From assembly GCA_029564175.1 (NCBI GenBank), contig JAKQQL010000192.1, forward strand, positions 8,753 to 72,752: a stretch of 64,000 nucleotides of DNA, in the 5' to 3' direction. The position numbers were made by a program, and so were the translations under genes. Origin of the DNA: Candidatus Cloacimonadota bacterium (GTDB lineage Bacteria > Cloacimonadota > Cloacimonadia > Cloacimonadales > WRIO01). The stretch's first letter is position 1. Each line of letters starts with the position of its first letter. Positions 29,256 to 38,074 of the stretch are shown in pieces. Under the pieces are notes generated by a model. The model ran no database searches. It was not told the DNA's origin and worked only from the letters and a program-made list of their open reading frames with translations.

Positions 29256-30080
29256 TTAGCGATGTAATCCTGTGTTTAAAATGAATATAGAAATCAATAA
29301 AAAAAGGTACAATAAAACTTGTTTTCTACTAAACCGTGTTTTCCAAATCAAAGAATCTGATAAAAATGAACCTAAGATAATTAAAGAAGCATTCATAGGG
29401 TAGCATACTATTGAAGGTACTGAATGTAATCCCTTTAAAAAGAAAACAGAAGTAAGTAAGTTTGGAATACCTAAACCAAATCCAAAACATAGTGATTTCC
29501 AATCAAATTTAGATTTAGTTATGATGATAGATAAGCCTGAAAAAATAACAGCTGAGAAGAATAATAAAGCTAAAAACTGGCTGTCTGGAATTAATGAAAT
29601 ACTTTGATGAATTTTTAAAAGATAATCTGTAAAGCCAGTCACTATGAATAAACTTAAAGCTAAAAGGATGTTAAATTTCTTTTGAAACTTACATAAAGAC
29701 AAAATAATCAAAACAGATAGTATAATACCAGTTAATGAAATCAATGATACTGTTTCACTAAATATTAAAAATGACAAGAGTACTGGAATGATGACAGCAA
29801 TTCTCATGAAAGATACACTCAGCGAAACACCATTTTTTACAACATTTTTCTTATAAAGGAGCAGATTTACGACAAACATAAAACCGGCAAACAATGCTAA
29901 TAATAAATCATAATTCAAAAATGAAACCTGTTTTTTTTCTGATTGTATTAGTAAAATTGAAAATGCAAACAAATAATTACCAAAGAAAATATAGGGAACT
30001 GATAAATTTTTATGACTGATATAGTGAAGATAATTTGCTATCATAACACTGAATAATGCTGAAAGAAAAATAAAAAACAT
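29256..30080 (-). CDS. EamA/DMT family transporter
   Basis: About 10 hydrophobic segments, GLGIPN motif, duplicated DMT layout. Confidence 0.7.
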   Translation of the reverse strand: MFFIFLSALFSVMIANYLHYISHKNLSVPYIFFGNYLFAFSILLIQSEKKQVSFLNYDLLLALFAGFMFVVNLLLYKKNVVKNGVSLSVSFMRIAVIIPVLLSFLIFSETVSLISLTGIILSVLIILSLCKFQKKFNILLALSLFIVTGFTDYLLKIHQSISLIPDSQFLALLFFSAVIFSGLSIIITKSKFDWKSLCFGFGLGIPNLLTSVFFLKGLHSVPSIVCYPMNASLIILGSFLSDSLIWKTRFSRKQVLLYLFLLISIFILNTGLHR

Positions 30081-30103
30081 ATAAGCTCCCTATCTATGTA
30101 TGA

Positions 30104-31159
30104 TTAAAGAAATTCACTCTTTTGTTTTAACTTCATTTCTTCAACAAGGTTTTTAACTCGTTCAGATGAACTTCTTGGTATGATAAGAATTGCATCTTCA
30201 GTTTCAACAACGACTAGGTTATCAACATCAACACAGGTGATCAATTTCTTACTGACCATCAGATTGTTATGTGAATTGATGCTGACATGATTACCCGAAA
30301 AATGATTATTCATATCGTCTTTGTCAAGTACCTCATGAAGTGAGTACCATGAGCCAACATCACTCCATTTCAGGTCAAGAGGCACAACTGCTCTGAGATT
30401 AACTTTCTCCATTATCGCAATATCTACAGGCATTTTTGGTAATGATTTATATAGTGACCTGATTTTAAAATAATTTTCTACCTGATAATCATAACGATTA
30501 ATCTGCTCAAGAATATGAGAACCTTCTGAATAATACGTTTTAAATGATTGAGAAATGGTTTTTAAAGTCCAAAGAAAAATGCCACAATTCCAATGAAAAT
30601 TACCTGAAGAAATAAAGTGTTCAGCTGTAGGTAAATCTGGTTTTTCTTTGAATTGTTTCACATGAAACATAGTATTGCTAAGTGCTTGACCCTGTTCGAT
30701 ATAGCCATAGCCTGTTGCCGGATATGATGGTTTAATTCCAAACACAACATGGTAACCTTGTTGTGATAGTTCTCTAGCATTTGTTACTGAATTTTTAAAT
30801 AAGGTCATATTATCGATTAACTGATCCGAAGGTACGATCAGTAAATCAGTATTATCTGTATAGAGTCTGTTAAGATAGTTTACAGAGTATGCGATACAGG
30901 CCGCTGTATTCATGGCATAAGGTTCAATAATTATATTTTTTTTGGGTAATTCAGGTAAATGTTCATGAACCTGACGATGCTGGTCAATTGTAGTAATGAC
31001 ATAAATATCATCTGATTTTATAAACTGATTTAGTCTTTTGAAGGTCATTTGAATTAAGGATTGATTATCAAAAAGCTTCAAGTATTGTTTTGCCATTGTT
31101 TTGCGGCTGAGTGGCCAGAAACGGGTGCCGGATCCACCTGCCATTATTAATCCGATCAT
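30104..31159 (-). CDS. manC: Mannose-1-phosphate guanylyltransferase
   Basis: MAGGSGTRFWPLSR, EP..MNTA, TGYGYI, FKEKP, WSDVGSW; no PMI domain. Confidence 0.92.
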   Translation of the reverse strand: MIGLIMAGGSGTRFWPLSRKTMAKQYLKLFDNQSLIQMTFKRLNQFIKSDDIYVITTIDQHRQVHEHLPELPKKNIIIEPYAMNTAACIAYSVNYLNRLYTDNTDLLIVPSDQLIDNMTLFKNSVTNARELSQQGYHVVFGIKPSYPATGYGYIEQGQALSNTMFHVKQFKEKPDLPTAEHFISSGNFHWNCGIFLWTLKTISQSFKTYYSEGSHILEQINRYDYQVENYFKIRSLYKSLPKMPVDIAIMEKVNLRAVVPLDLKWSDVGSWYSLHEVLDKDDMNNHFSGNHVSINSHNNLMVSKKLITCVDVDNLVVVETEDAILIIPRSSSERVKNLVEEMKLKQKSEFL

Positions 31160-31223
31160 ACGAACTCCTTATATAAATTTGATTAACAATTAAAAAATTG
31201 GTTTTAATTGTTTTATTTTGAAT

Positions 31224-31865
31224 TTATTGTTTAAATAATTTGGTATCAGGAGGATAAGTGTAGTTTGGAATATCTAATTTGTGTTTCTTATTAAATCGAT
31301 GATTGATGAAATGAATGATCACTTTGTTGTTTAGTTGATCTTGATAACTGACGGATTTAATAAAATTGCCTTTAAAATCAAAATCAATAGTTAAAAAATC
31401 AAAATACTGGTTCAAGGAGATAAAAGATATATTAAAAGGATTTTGTTTGTTTTTTAGGCTTATTTTGCCGTTTTCTATTTCTCTAAAAATCACAGCAGGA
31501 TTAAAAGATGGAAATTTACTAAAAGGAATCAGATAGGCTGTTTTAACGGATGAATCATAGACTGTAACCTGACTGTCTGTAAATTTTATAAATTGCTTGT
31601 AAGGTTTATCGAAAATTATGAGATAATTTTGATTCTCACGATAGAGATAACCGTGTGATTTAAGTGTCTTGTTTTGAGCTACATAATGATTTTCCTGTTG
31701 AATCTCAATCTGATAGAGAGTGCTTTGATTGTATTTTGATACAATCTCCTGAATATTTTTGAGATTGTCACAAAACAGATTAGTCATGCATAATAAGCTT
31801 AAAATAATAAACAGGATTGTCTGTAAAATAGATCTAAATTGTAGCTTTATTGAAATTTGTTTCAT
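31224..31865 (-). CDS. lolA: Outer-membrane lipoprotein carrier LolA-like
   Basis: Signal peptide, LolA-like beta pattern (P..Q.I, YD, DQLNN, YTYPP); classic ftsK-lolA synteny; GGAGGA RBS. Confidence 0.65.
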   Translation of the reverse strand: MKQISIKLQFRSILQTILFIILSLLCMTNLFCDNLKNIQEIVSKYNQSTLYQIEIQQENHYVAQNKTLKSHGYLYRENQNYLIIFDKPYKQFIKFTDSQVTVYDSSVKTAYLIPFSKFPSFNPAVIFREIENGKISLKNKQNPFNISFISLNQYFDFLTIDFDFKGNFIKSVSYQDQLNNKVIIHFINHRFNKKHKLDIPNYTYPPDTKLFKQ

Positions 31866-34167
31866 CCAAATCCTCCATACTCATTAATACATCTCTCGAT
31901 TTACTGCCTACATGGGGACCAATCACTCTGGCTCGTTCTAAAAGATCAATCAATCGGCCAGCACGTGCATAACCAATTTTGAAATGTCTTTGCAACATAG
32001 AAACAGAAGCGGTGTTGGAAGCGACAATTAATCTTGCAGCTTCAGGGAAAAGTTCATCATCATATTCAAAATCATTAATAGATGTGGTATCAGGTTTTGT
32101 CATTTGAATCATATTAACTGGTTTTGGTTGGGTTTTTAGATAATCAACCAGACTTTCAATTTCAGAATCAGACAGGAATGCGCCATGAATACGTTCTGGA
32201 TTAGCTTTGCCAGGTGGTAAGAACAGCATATCGCCTCGTCCGAGTAATTTCTCAGCACCCATTGAGTCCAGAATAACGCGGCTATCGACTTTGGAAGATA
32301 CTCTAAATGCTATTCTGGCAGGGAAGTTGGCTTTAATTACACCGGTAATTACTTTAATTGAAGGTCTTTGTGTGGCTAAAATGAGATGAATACCAATCGC
32401 ACGTGCCATTTGAGCCAGGCGGGTGATAGGCATTTCGATTTCACGACCGGCTGTCATGATTAAATCGGCAAATTCATCAACTATGACAACAATATAAGGT
32501 AATTTATGAATTACAGCTTCTTCTGTACCAAATTGTTCTTCAATCTTTTGGTTGTAACCGGTAATATCACGAACTTTTAAATCCTGAAGCATTTCGTAGC
32601 GGCGTTCCATTTCATATACAGCCCAGTTAAGTGCATTCATGGCGTCTTCAGGGTCTGTTACGACATTCTGAATCAAATGGGGGATACCTTCGTAACCGGA
32701 TAACTCAATACGTTTAGGATCAATCATCACCAGTCTGACTTCGTCAGGCGTTGTGTGAAAGAGAAGTGATGTGATAATTGTATTGATACAAACACTTTTG
32801 CCAGCACCAGTCGCACCAGCAATCAAAAGGTGAGGCATTTTGGCCAGATCAGAAATAATTGGCCTGCCGGCAATATCTTTACCTAACCCGATACTTAAAA
32901 TATTCTTTGCTTCTCCGGCTTCTTCAGAAAGCAGAACATCACGCAGAAAAATCACATCTGATAATTTATTGGGTATTTCAATACCAATCAGCCCTCTGCC
33001 TGGTATTGGTGCCTGAACACGAATACTCTTTGCTTTGACAGCCAAACTAAGGTCATCTGATAGTGAAACAAACCGATTGACTTTAATACCTGGGGCTGGC
33101 TGAAGTTCATATTGGGTGATGATAGGACCGATATTGACATTAACAACTTTTGCTTCAATATCAAATTCGGCCAGTTTACTGAGCAGGATTTGACAGGTTT
33201 GACTAATTTCTTCCTGTAAGGCAGCTTTATCAACTTTTTTTTCAGTGCTAGCGCTTTTAAATAAAAAACTTTCTATTTGGGGTTTCACATAGACAGCATC
33301 AGGATCAAAATTTTCCTCTACAGGCGAAAAAACTGTCTTGGTCACATTTTCGTAGTTAAGACGGGCAATATATTCGTCTTCATCTATTTCGTCTTTATCT
33401 GTAAGGAAATTGATGCCAATATCACTTAGAATATCTTTATCATTAGATAGCTGATTGACTTTGTCCGTAACAGGTGTTTCTATAGCATTATAATCAGGTA
33501 TTGTTTCGTTTTCGTCTATTGTTGGCTTTAAATCAGGTTTTTTATCATCATTTAGAGTAGGAGTTTCTTTTTCAATTTTTAATGGATTACGCTTAAAAAG
33601 TGATATCAATGCCTGTTTGATTGTGCTGAAGCCAATATAAAAACCGAAACTCAGCAGTGTAAAAAAGAAATTGATGATAAAAGCACCAATTGTGTTGAAG
33701 ATTCCTTTTAAAAGGTTTGTGTAAAATTGGAAAAGATAAGCATATTCCGGATTAAATTCAGCAAAAATAAAGTAATTGGAAAAACCAAGAAAACTAAGTA
33801 GCGAAATGAAATAAAGATGTTTTTGGAATGAACGATGATGAAATAATAAACGATTCATAAAAAACAGGAAAAGTAAAACATATAAGAAAAGACAAAAAAC
33901 TTGTCCAAAAATAACAAAGGATAACCAACCTAAAAAGACACCAAGATATCCTATCATGTTCTCTGCAGGAGGATATTTATGGGTTAGAAGATCTACCAGA
34001 CTAAAAGGATATTCCTTAAAAGTGCTAATATCGTTCTCCAAGTAAGAAAGGGGAGTGGAAGAGGAAAGAAAGAGGAGTATATTGATAAATAATAAGAAAA
34101 TAATAAGTAATTTTGTGTTTATTTGTGATACTGATTTTTGTTTTTTTTCTTGTTTTTTTGCAGGCAT
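31834..34167 (-). CDS. ftsK: DNA translocase FtsK
   Basis: 4TM N-terminus; MPHLLIAGATGAGKS, IDPK, VDEFADL, ATQRPS; gamma domain ASVSMLQRHFKIGYARA. Confidence 0.96.
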   Translation of the reverse strand: MPAKKQEKKQKSVSQINTKLLIIFLLFINILLFLSSSTPLSYLENDISTFKEYPFSLVDLLTHKYPPAENMIGYLGVFLGWLSFVIFGQVFCLFLYVLLFLFFMNRLLFHHRSFQKHLYFISLLSFLGFSNYFIFAEFNPEYAYLFQFYTNLLKGIFNTIGAFIINFFFTLLSFGFYIGFSTIKQALISLFKRNPLKIEKETPTLNDDKKPDLKPTIDENETIPDYNAIETPVTDKVNQLSNDKDILSDIGINFLTDKDEIDEDEYIARLNYENVTKTVFSPVEENFDPDAVYVKPQIESFLFKSASTEKKVDKAALQEEISQTCQILLSKLAEFDIEAKVVNVNIGPIITQYELQPAPGIKVNRFVSLSDDLSLAVKAKSIRVQAPIPGRGLIGIEIPNKLSDVIFLRDVLLSEEAGEAKNILSIGLGKDIAGRPIISDLAKMPHLLIAGATGAGKSVCINTIITSLLFHTTPDEVRLVMIDPKRIELSGYEGIPHLIQNVVTDPEDAMNALNWAVYEMERRYEMLQDLKVRDITGYNQKIEEQFGTEEAVIHKLPYIVVIVDEFADLIMTAGREIEMPITRLAQMARAIGIHLILATQRPSIKVITGVIKANFPARIAFRVSSKVDSRVILDSMGAEKLLGRGDMLFLPPGKANPERIHGAFLSDSEIESLVDYLKTQPKPVNMIQMTKPDTTSINDFEYDDELFPEAARLIVASNTASVSMLQRHFKIGYARAGRLIDLLERARVIGPHVGSKSRDVLMSMEDLDETNFNKATI

Positions 34168-34220
34168 AAATCCTCTTATTATCAGATTCAGAAAGGAATC
34201 TGTTTAGTTTGATTGTTGCT

Positions 34221-34229
34221 TGTGAATAA
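34221..34229 (-). promoter_or_regulatory. Consensus DnaA box upstream of ftsK
   Basis: TGTGAATAA (TTATTCACA) 54 nt upstream of the ftsK start. Confidence 0.35.
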
Positions 34230-34247
34230 TTCTTGCTTTATGATCAT

Positions 34248-34285
34248 AAAAAAAGGAATCAGAAACGGATATAGGTTTCTGATTC
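34248..34285 (-). terminator. Intrinsic terminator after ychF
   Basis: GAATCAGAAAC-N8-GTTTCTGATTC followed by a T run on the minus strand. Confidence 0.75.
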
Positions 34286-34305
34286 AATTATATTAATAAG
34301 ATGTT

Positions 34306-35382
34306 TTATACATTAAACCGTACATTGATGATGTCACCATCTTTAACAACATAGGTTTTGCCTTCAAGACGGAATAGCCCTTTTTCGCGAATGGCTTTTT
34401 CTGAACCATGAGTAACAAAGTCAGTGTAATTAAATGTTTCTGCGCGGATGAAACCACGTGCCAGATCAGAGTGGATCTTGCCAGCAGCTTCAAGAGCGAT
34501 GTCTCCTTTATGGATGGTCCAGGCTCTGACTTCATCTGTACCGACTGTGAAGAAACTGATTAACCCTAAAACTGAATAAGCTGTTTTGGTAAACACGTTG
34601 ATGGCAGAATCTTTGATGTTCATGTCTTCCATAAACATTTTTGCTTCTTCTTCATCCAGACGACTCAGTTCCATTTCAAATTTGCCAGCAAATTCAATGC
34701 ATTCGGCATATTCTTTGAGTTCATTAATGATGTTTTCATTTTTATAGAGGTTGTTTTCATCAGAATTAAGAACGATAAGAACTGGTTTTTGACTTAGAAA
34801 TTGAAAGCCACGTATTGTTTTTAATTCATCTTCTGATAAAGTCAGGCTAGAAATAGGTTTGATTTCATTAAGTGTTTCAACAATTTGCCTGAGTACTTTT
34901 TCTTCAAGTTGAATTGCAGGGGTTTTAATTCCTCTTTTATATCCCAATTCAATTTTTTCAATTCTTTTTTCTGCTGTAATCAGATCAGAAAGTATGAATT
35001 GTTCGTAAATGGATTTGAAGTCTTTAACCGGATTTGCTTTATAATAGGTTTCATCAAGCACCGGATCAGAAAAATTTCTCAAAACAATAGCCAGTGCATC
35101 GGTATTTTTGATTAAAGTCATAGAAGATGTACTGAGAAACTGATGATTTTCATCATCTTCACTCATAGCAGGAAAATCTATAAATTCAATATTGGCATAG
35201 ATGGTACTTTTGGGTTTGTAGATTTCTGAAAGATGCGTAATTCTTTCATCCAAAACCAGAACATTGCCAAGATTGGGTTCGCTTTTACTGTCATAAAGAC
35301 TTGTATCTGCTTCCAGTTTGGTTAAAGCATTAAAGATGGTTGTTTTACCAGATTTTGGCAGTCCGCTGATTCCTATTTTCAT
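34306..35382 (-). CDS. ychF: YchF/OLA1-family ATPase (divergent)
   Basis: GLPKSGKTTIFNALT; C-terminal FFTVGTDEVRAW, AAGKIHSDLARGFIRAE, RLEGKTYVVKDGDI..RFNV. Confidence 0.9.
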   Translation of the reverse strand: MKIGISGLPKSGKTTIFNALTKLEADTSLYDSKSEPNLGNVLVLDERITHLSEIYKPKSTIYANIEFIDFPAMSEDDENHQFLSTSSMTLIKNTDALAIVLRNFSDPVLDETYYKANPVKDFKSIYEQFILSDLITAEKRIEKIELGYKRGIKTPAIQLEEKVLRQIVETLNEIKPISSLTLSEDELKTIRGFQFLSQKPVLIVLNSDENNLYKNENIINELKEYAECIEFAGKFEMELSRLDEEEAKMFMEDMNIKDSAINVFTKTAYSVLGLISFFTVGTDEVRAWTIHKGDIALEAAGKIHSDLARGFIRAETFNYTDFVTHGSEKAIREKGLFRLEGKTYVVKDGDIINVRFNV

Positions 35383-36239
35383 TTTTGAGTCCTTACACTT
35401 TTATTATTCATTTTGGTGGGTTTGAATGTTTTTTGTTTAGGTTGAGTCTGTTTTGGGTGATGTACAAGATTTGATTCTGTAACAGCATGTTGAGTTTTTA
35501 GCTGATGATTTTCTCTTTTGGCATGCTGAGTATGTTTCACAAGATATAGCACTTCTTCAGGGGTAAGTGATCTCCACATACCAACAGGCAGATTTTCAAG
35601 ATGAATTTCACCGATCTGGATTCTTTTGAGTTTGGTTACCTGATGACCGAGTGCTTCTATCATACGTCTGATTTGACGGTTTCGGCCTTCAAATATTGTC
35701 ATTTTGATTTCACAGTTTTTATCTGCAACCTTTTTCATATAGACTTTAGCAGGTAAAGTGGGTCTGTCATCGAGCATGATACCATTTCTTAGCTGGTTGA
35801 GTTCTTCTTCGTTTAGCATGGCATCAACGCTTACGACATAAGTTTTGGGGAGTTTGAATTGGGGGTGAATGATTTTATTCGCCAAATCGCCATCATTTGT
35901 TAAGATCAGTAATCCTTCAGAAGCATAATCAAGTCTGCCAACCGGATTAAGGGATTTTGCAAAATCAGGTAATAAATCGTAGATGGTTTTTCTATCAAAT
36001 TCATCGCTTTTTGTTACAATGTAATTTTTGGGTTTATTCATAACGATAAGTGTCTTTTGGACGTCTGGTTTTACCCGTTTATTCTTGTATTGTACAATAT
36101 CTCTGTCAGGATCAATCTGTCTGCTTAAATCTGTGCAAATTTCGTTGTTAATTTTGATATCACCATTTAGTATAAATTCTTCGACTTTTCGTCGAGAGCC
36201 TATCTGGCTCATTGCTAAAAACTTATTAATTCTCACCAA
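35379..36239 (-). CDS. rluB: RsuA/RluB-family rRNA pseudouridine synthase
   Basis: S4 domain (RINKFLA..SRRK), VGRLD catalytic Asp, EGRNRQIRRM; start may be the GTG at 36236. Confidence 0.85.
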   Translation of the reverse strand: MVRINKFLAMSQIGSRRKVEEFILNGDIKINNEICTDLSRQIDPDRDIVQYKNKRVKPDVQKTLIVMNKPKNYIVTKSDEFDRKTIYDLLPDFAKSLNPVGRLDYASEGLLILTNDGDLANKIIHPQFKLPKTYVVSVDAMLNEEELNQLRNGIMLDDRPTLPAKVYMKKVADKNCEIKMTIFEGRNRQIRRMIEALGHQVTKLKRIQIGEIHLENLPVGMWRSLTPEEVLYLVKHTQHAKRENHQLKTQHAVTESNLVHHPKQTQPKQKTFKPTKMNNKSVRTQK

Positions 36240-36733
36240 GACTCCAATGTATTTTTGATGATATGATCAAACAAGTCACTGAATATTTTGTTGATGGCTT
36301 CTTCTTCCGTTTTTTCAATATTCACGTTTGTTGAGCTGGGGTTATAGGTCTTTGTGAGTAATAGACTTTTATTTTCATAAATGGTCTTACTCATTTTTAA
36401 ATCGGTAAAAGTGACAGAAAATAAAATCTGAATCTGATATTCCTGAACATTGCCGGCATTATCGTAAGAAAATATCTTTTTTTTGTAATCGATAATCTCA
36501 CCTTTAAGTTCAGAATCAGGGTTTTGTGTGTTGATTTTTAATCGTCCATCGTGAAGAAATGCGTTTACGAGACTATTTTGTGTGTCCTGTGCAAGTGCGT
36601 ATTCTACGGTTTTGTTTTCAAAGGGCTGGATATAAATAGTCTTTAAATGGGGGTACTCACTGGTGTAAACCGAGTAAGAGCAACCTGCAAAAAGCAGTAG
36701 TAATAAAAAAATATAATAAAAATTCTTGACCAT
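36233..36733 (-). CDS. lptE: LptE-family lipoprotein
   Basis: Lipobox FAGC-SYS; TIYIQPFENKT; LptE-like size and C-terminal helix. Confidence 0.7.
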   Translation of the reverse strand: MVKNFYYIFLLLLLFAGCSYSVYTSEYPHLKTIYIQPFENKTVEYALAQDTQNSLVNAFLHDGRLKINTQNPDSELKGEIIDYKKKIFSYDNAGNVQEYQIQILFSVTFTDLKMSKTIYENKSLLLTKTYNPSSTNVNIEKTEEEAINKIFSDLFDHIIKNTLESW

Positions 36734-36780
36734 AAGTTATAAGATTTTTTTTTATATGTTAATGTCAAGAAATTATTGTC

Positions 36781-36809
36781 TTGACATGATTAAAAAATTA
36801 GATTATAAG
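36781..36809 (+). promoter_or_regulatory. Putative sigma70 promoter (divergent region)
   Basis: TTGACA-N17-TATAAG; an opposing TTGACA lies on the minus strand at 36763-36768. Confidence 0.5.
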
Positions 36810-36840
36810 TACAAAAAAGTGATAATGAAAGGGGTTTACA

Positions 36841-37524
36841 ATGAATAATACGAAACTCTTAAGTGTCGCAGAAGCGGCGAAATACTTAAAAGTTGCCGAA
36901 TCTGTTGTCATTGAAATGATTAATTCCGGCACATTTAAGGAACAAAAAACAGGGAAATCTGTTAAAGTGGACAAAATTGAGATTGATGAATGGCTTACCA
37001 ATCTGAATGAGAATGAAGAAGCATATCTGGCAATGAAAAGAACAATTTGTCGTTTCCAGGATTATTTCAAAATTGAAAATATCTTTTTGGATTTTGAAGC
37101 AGATAACAAATACGAAGCGATCGCGGTTATGTCCAGAAAAGCAAGAGATCTTAAGTTAGTCAGAGATCACCGTTGGTTGTATGAAGTGGTTGTTGCCCGT
37201 GAAGAGCTGGTTTCCACAGCAGTTGGTGAAGGTGTGGCTATGCTTCATCCAAGACATATGCATCCAACCAAGATTAAAACACCATCTATTTTATTTGGAC
37301 GTTCAGTTCAGGGTGTAGAATTTGATGCACCAGATAACCAACCGGTCAGCATTTTCTTTATGTTATTACTGCATAATGACATGCAACATTTGTTCTCTCT
37401 GTCATTTTTATCTAAGTTTTTAAAAACAGGCGATAATCTTCAGACTTTATTAAATGCAAATACACCTGAAGATATTATGAAGTGTTTTGAAGCTTATGAT
37501 GCAAATCAACCAATAAAAAAATAA
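36841..37524 (+). CDS. Excisionase-type HTH fused to a PTS EIIA (Fru/Ntr) domain
   Basis: LLSVAEAAKYL...EIDEWL HTH; AREELVSTAVGEGVAMLHPR phospho-His; FDAPDNQPV. Confidence 0.85.
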   Translation: MNNTKLLSVAEAAKYLKVAESVVIEMINSGTFKEQKTGKSVKVDKIEIDEWLTNLNENEEAYLAMKRTICRFQDYFKIENIFLDFEADNKYEAIAVMSRKARDLKLVRDHRWLYEVVVAREELVSTAVGEGVAMLHPRHMHPTKIKTPSILFGRSVQGVEFDAPDNQPVSIFFMLLLHNDMQHLFSLSFLSKFLKTGDNLQTLLNANTPEDIMKCFEAYDANQPIKK

Positions 37525-37535
37525 GCGGGGAATTA

Positions 37536-37985
37536 ATGCCTTTAGTACGAATCATATTAGGTAGTCAATCAGATATGAAACACGCGGAAAAAGCGGTTGA
37601 GCAGCTAAATCTGTTAAATATCAGCAGTGATTTACATGTGGCTTCAGCACACAGGACACCCGAAAGAGTCAGACAATTGATTGAATCAGCTCCTTCAGAT
37701 GGGGTTCAAACGATTATTGCCATGGCTGGTATGGCAGCTCATTTGCCAGGCGTGATTGCTTCTATGACTGTTTTACCGGTTATTGGGGTTCCTTTATCCG
37801 GATCAGCTTTAAGTGGAGTCGATGCACTTTATGCTGTGGTTCAGATGCCTCCAGGAATTCCTGTGGCGACAGTGGCTGTTGATGGCGCAAAGAATGCGGC
37901 TATTCTGGCAGCTCAGATGATTGCTTTAAATGATAACAATGTTCATGAAGCATTGATTCAGATGCGAAAAGATTTTTATAAGTAA
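37536..37985 (+). CDS. purE: N5-CAIR mutase PurE
   Basis: GSQSD, SAHRTP, AGMAAHLPG, QMPPGIPVATV. Confidence 0.96.
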   Translation: MPLVRIILGSQSDMKHAEKAVEQLNLLNISSDLHVASAHRTPERVRQLIESAPSDGVQTIIAMAGMAAHLPGVIASMTVLPVIGVPLSGSALSGVDALYAVVQMPPGIPVATVAVDGAKNAAILAAQMIALNDNNVHEALIQMRKDFYK

Positions 37986-38010
37986 ACCCATTATAAATTT
38001 CGTAAACAGG

Positions 38011-38036
38011 GCAGAGGCGTGTAATAGCGTCTCTGC
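38011..38036. repeat. REP-like hairpin / possible terminator
   Basis: GCAGAGGCG-TGTAATAG-CGTCTCTGC followed by ATTTT. Confidence 0.5.
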
Positions 38037-38074
38037 ATTTTAAAAATAAAATTGATAGTGGATTAAATGAGGAA

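Noticed and set aside
36841-37000. Excisionase-like HTH as a sign of a prophage or integrative element
   Set aside because: It is fused to a PTS EIIA domain, with no integrase, att site or phage genes nearby
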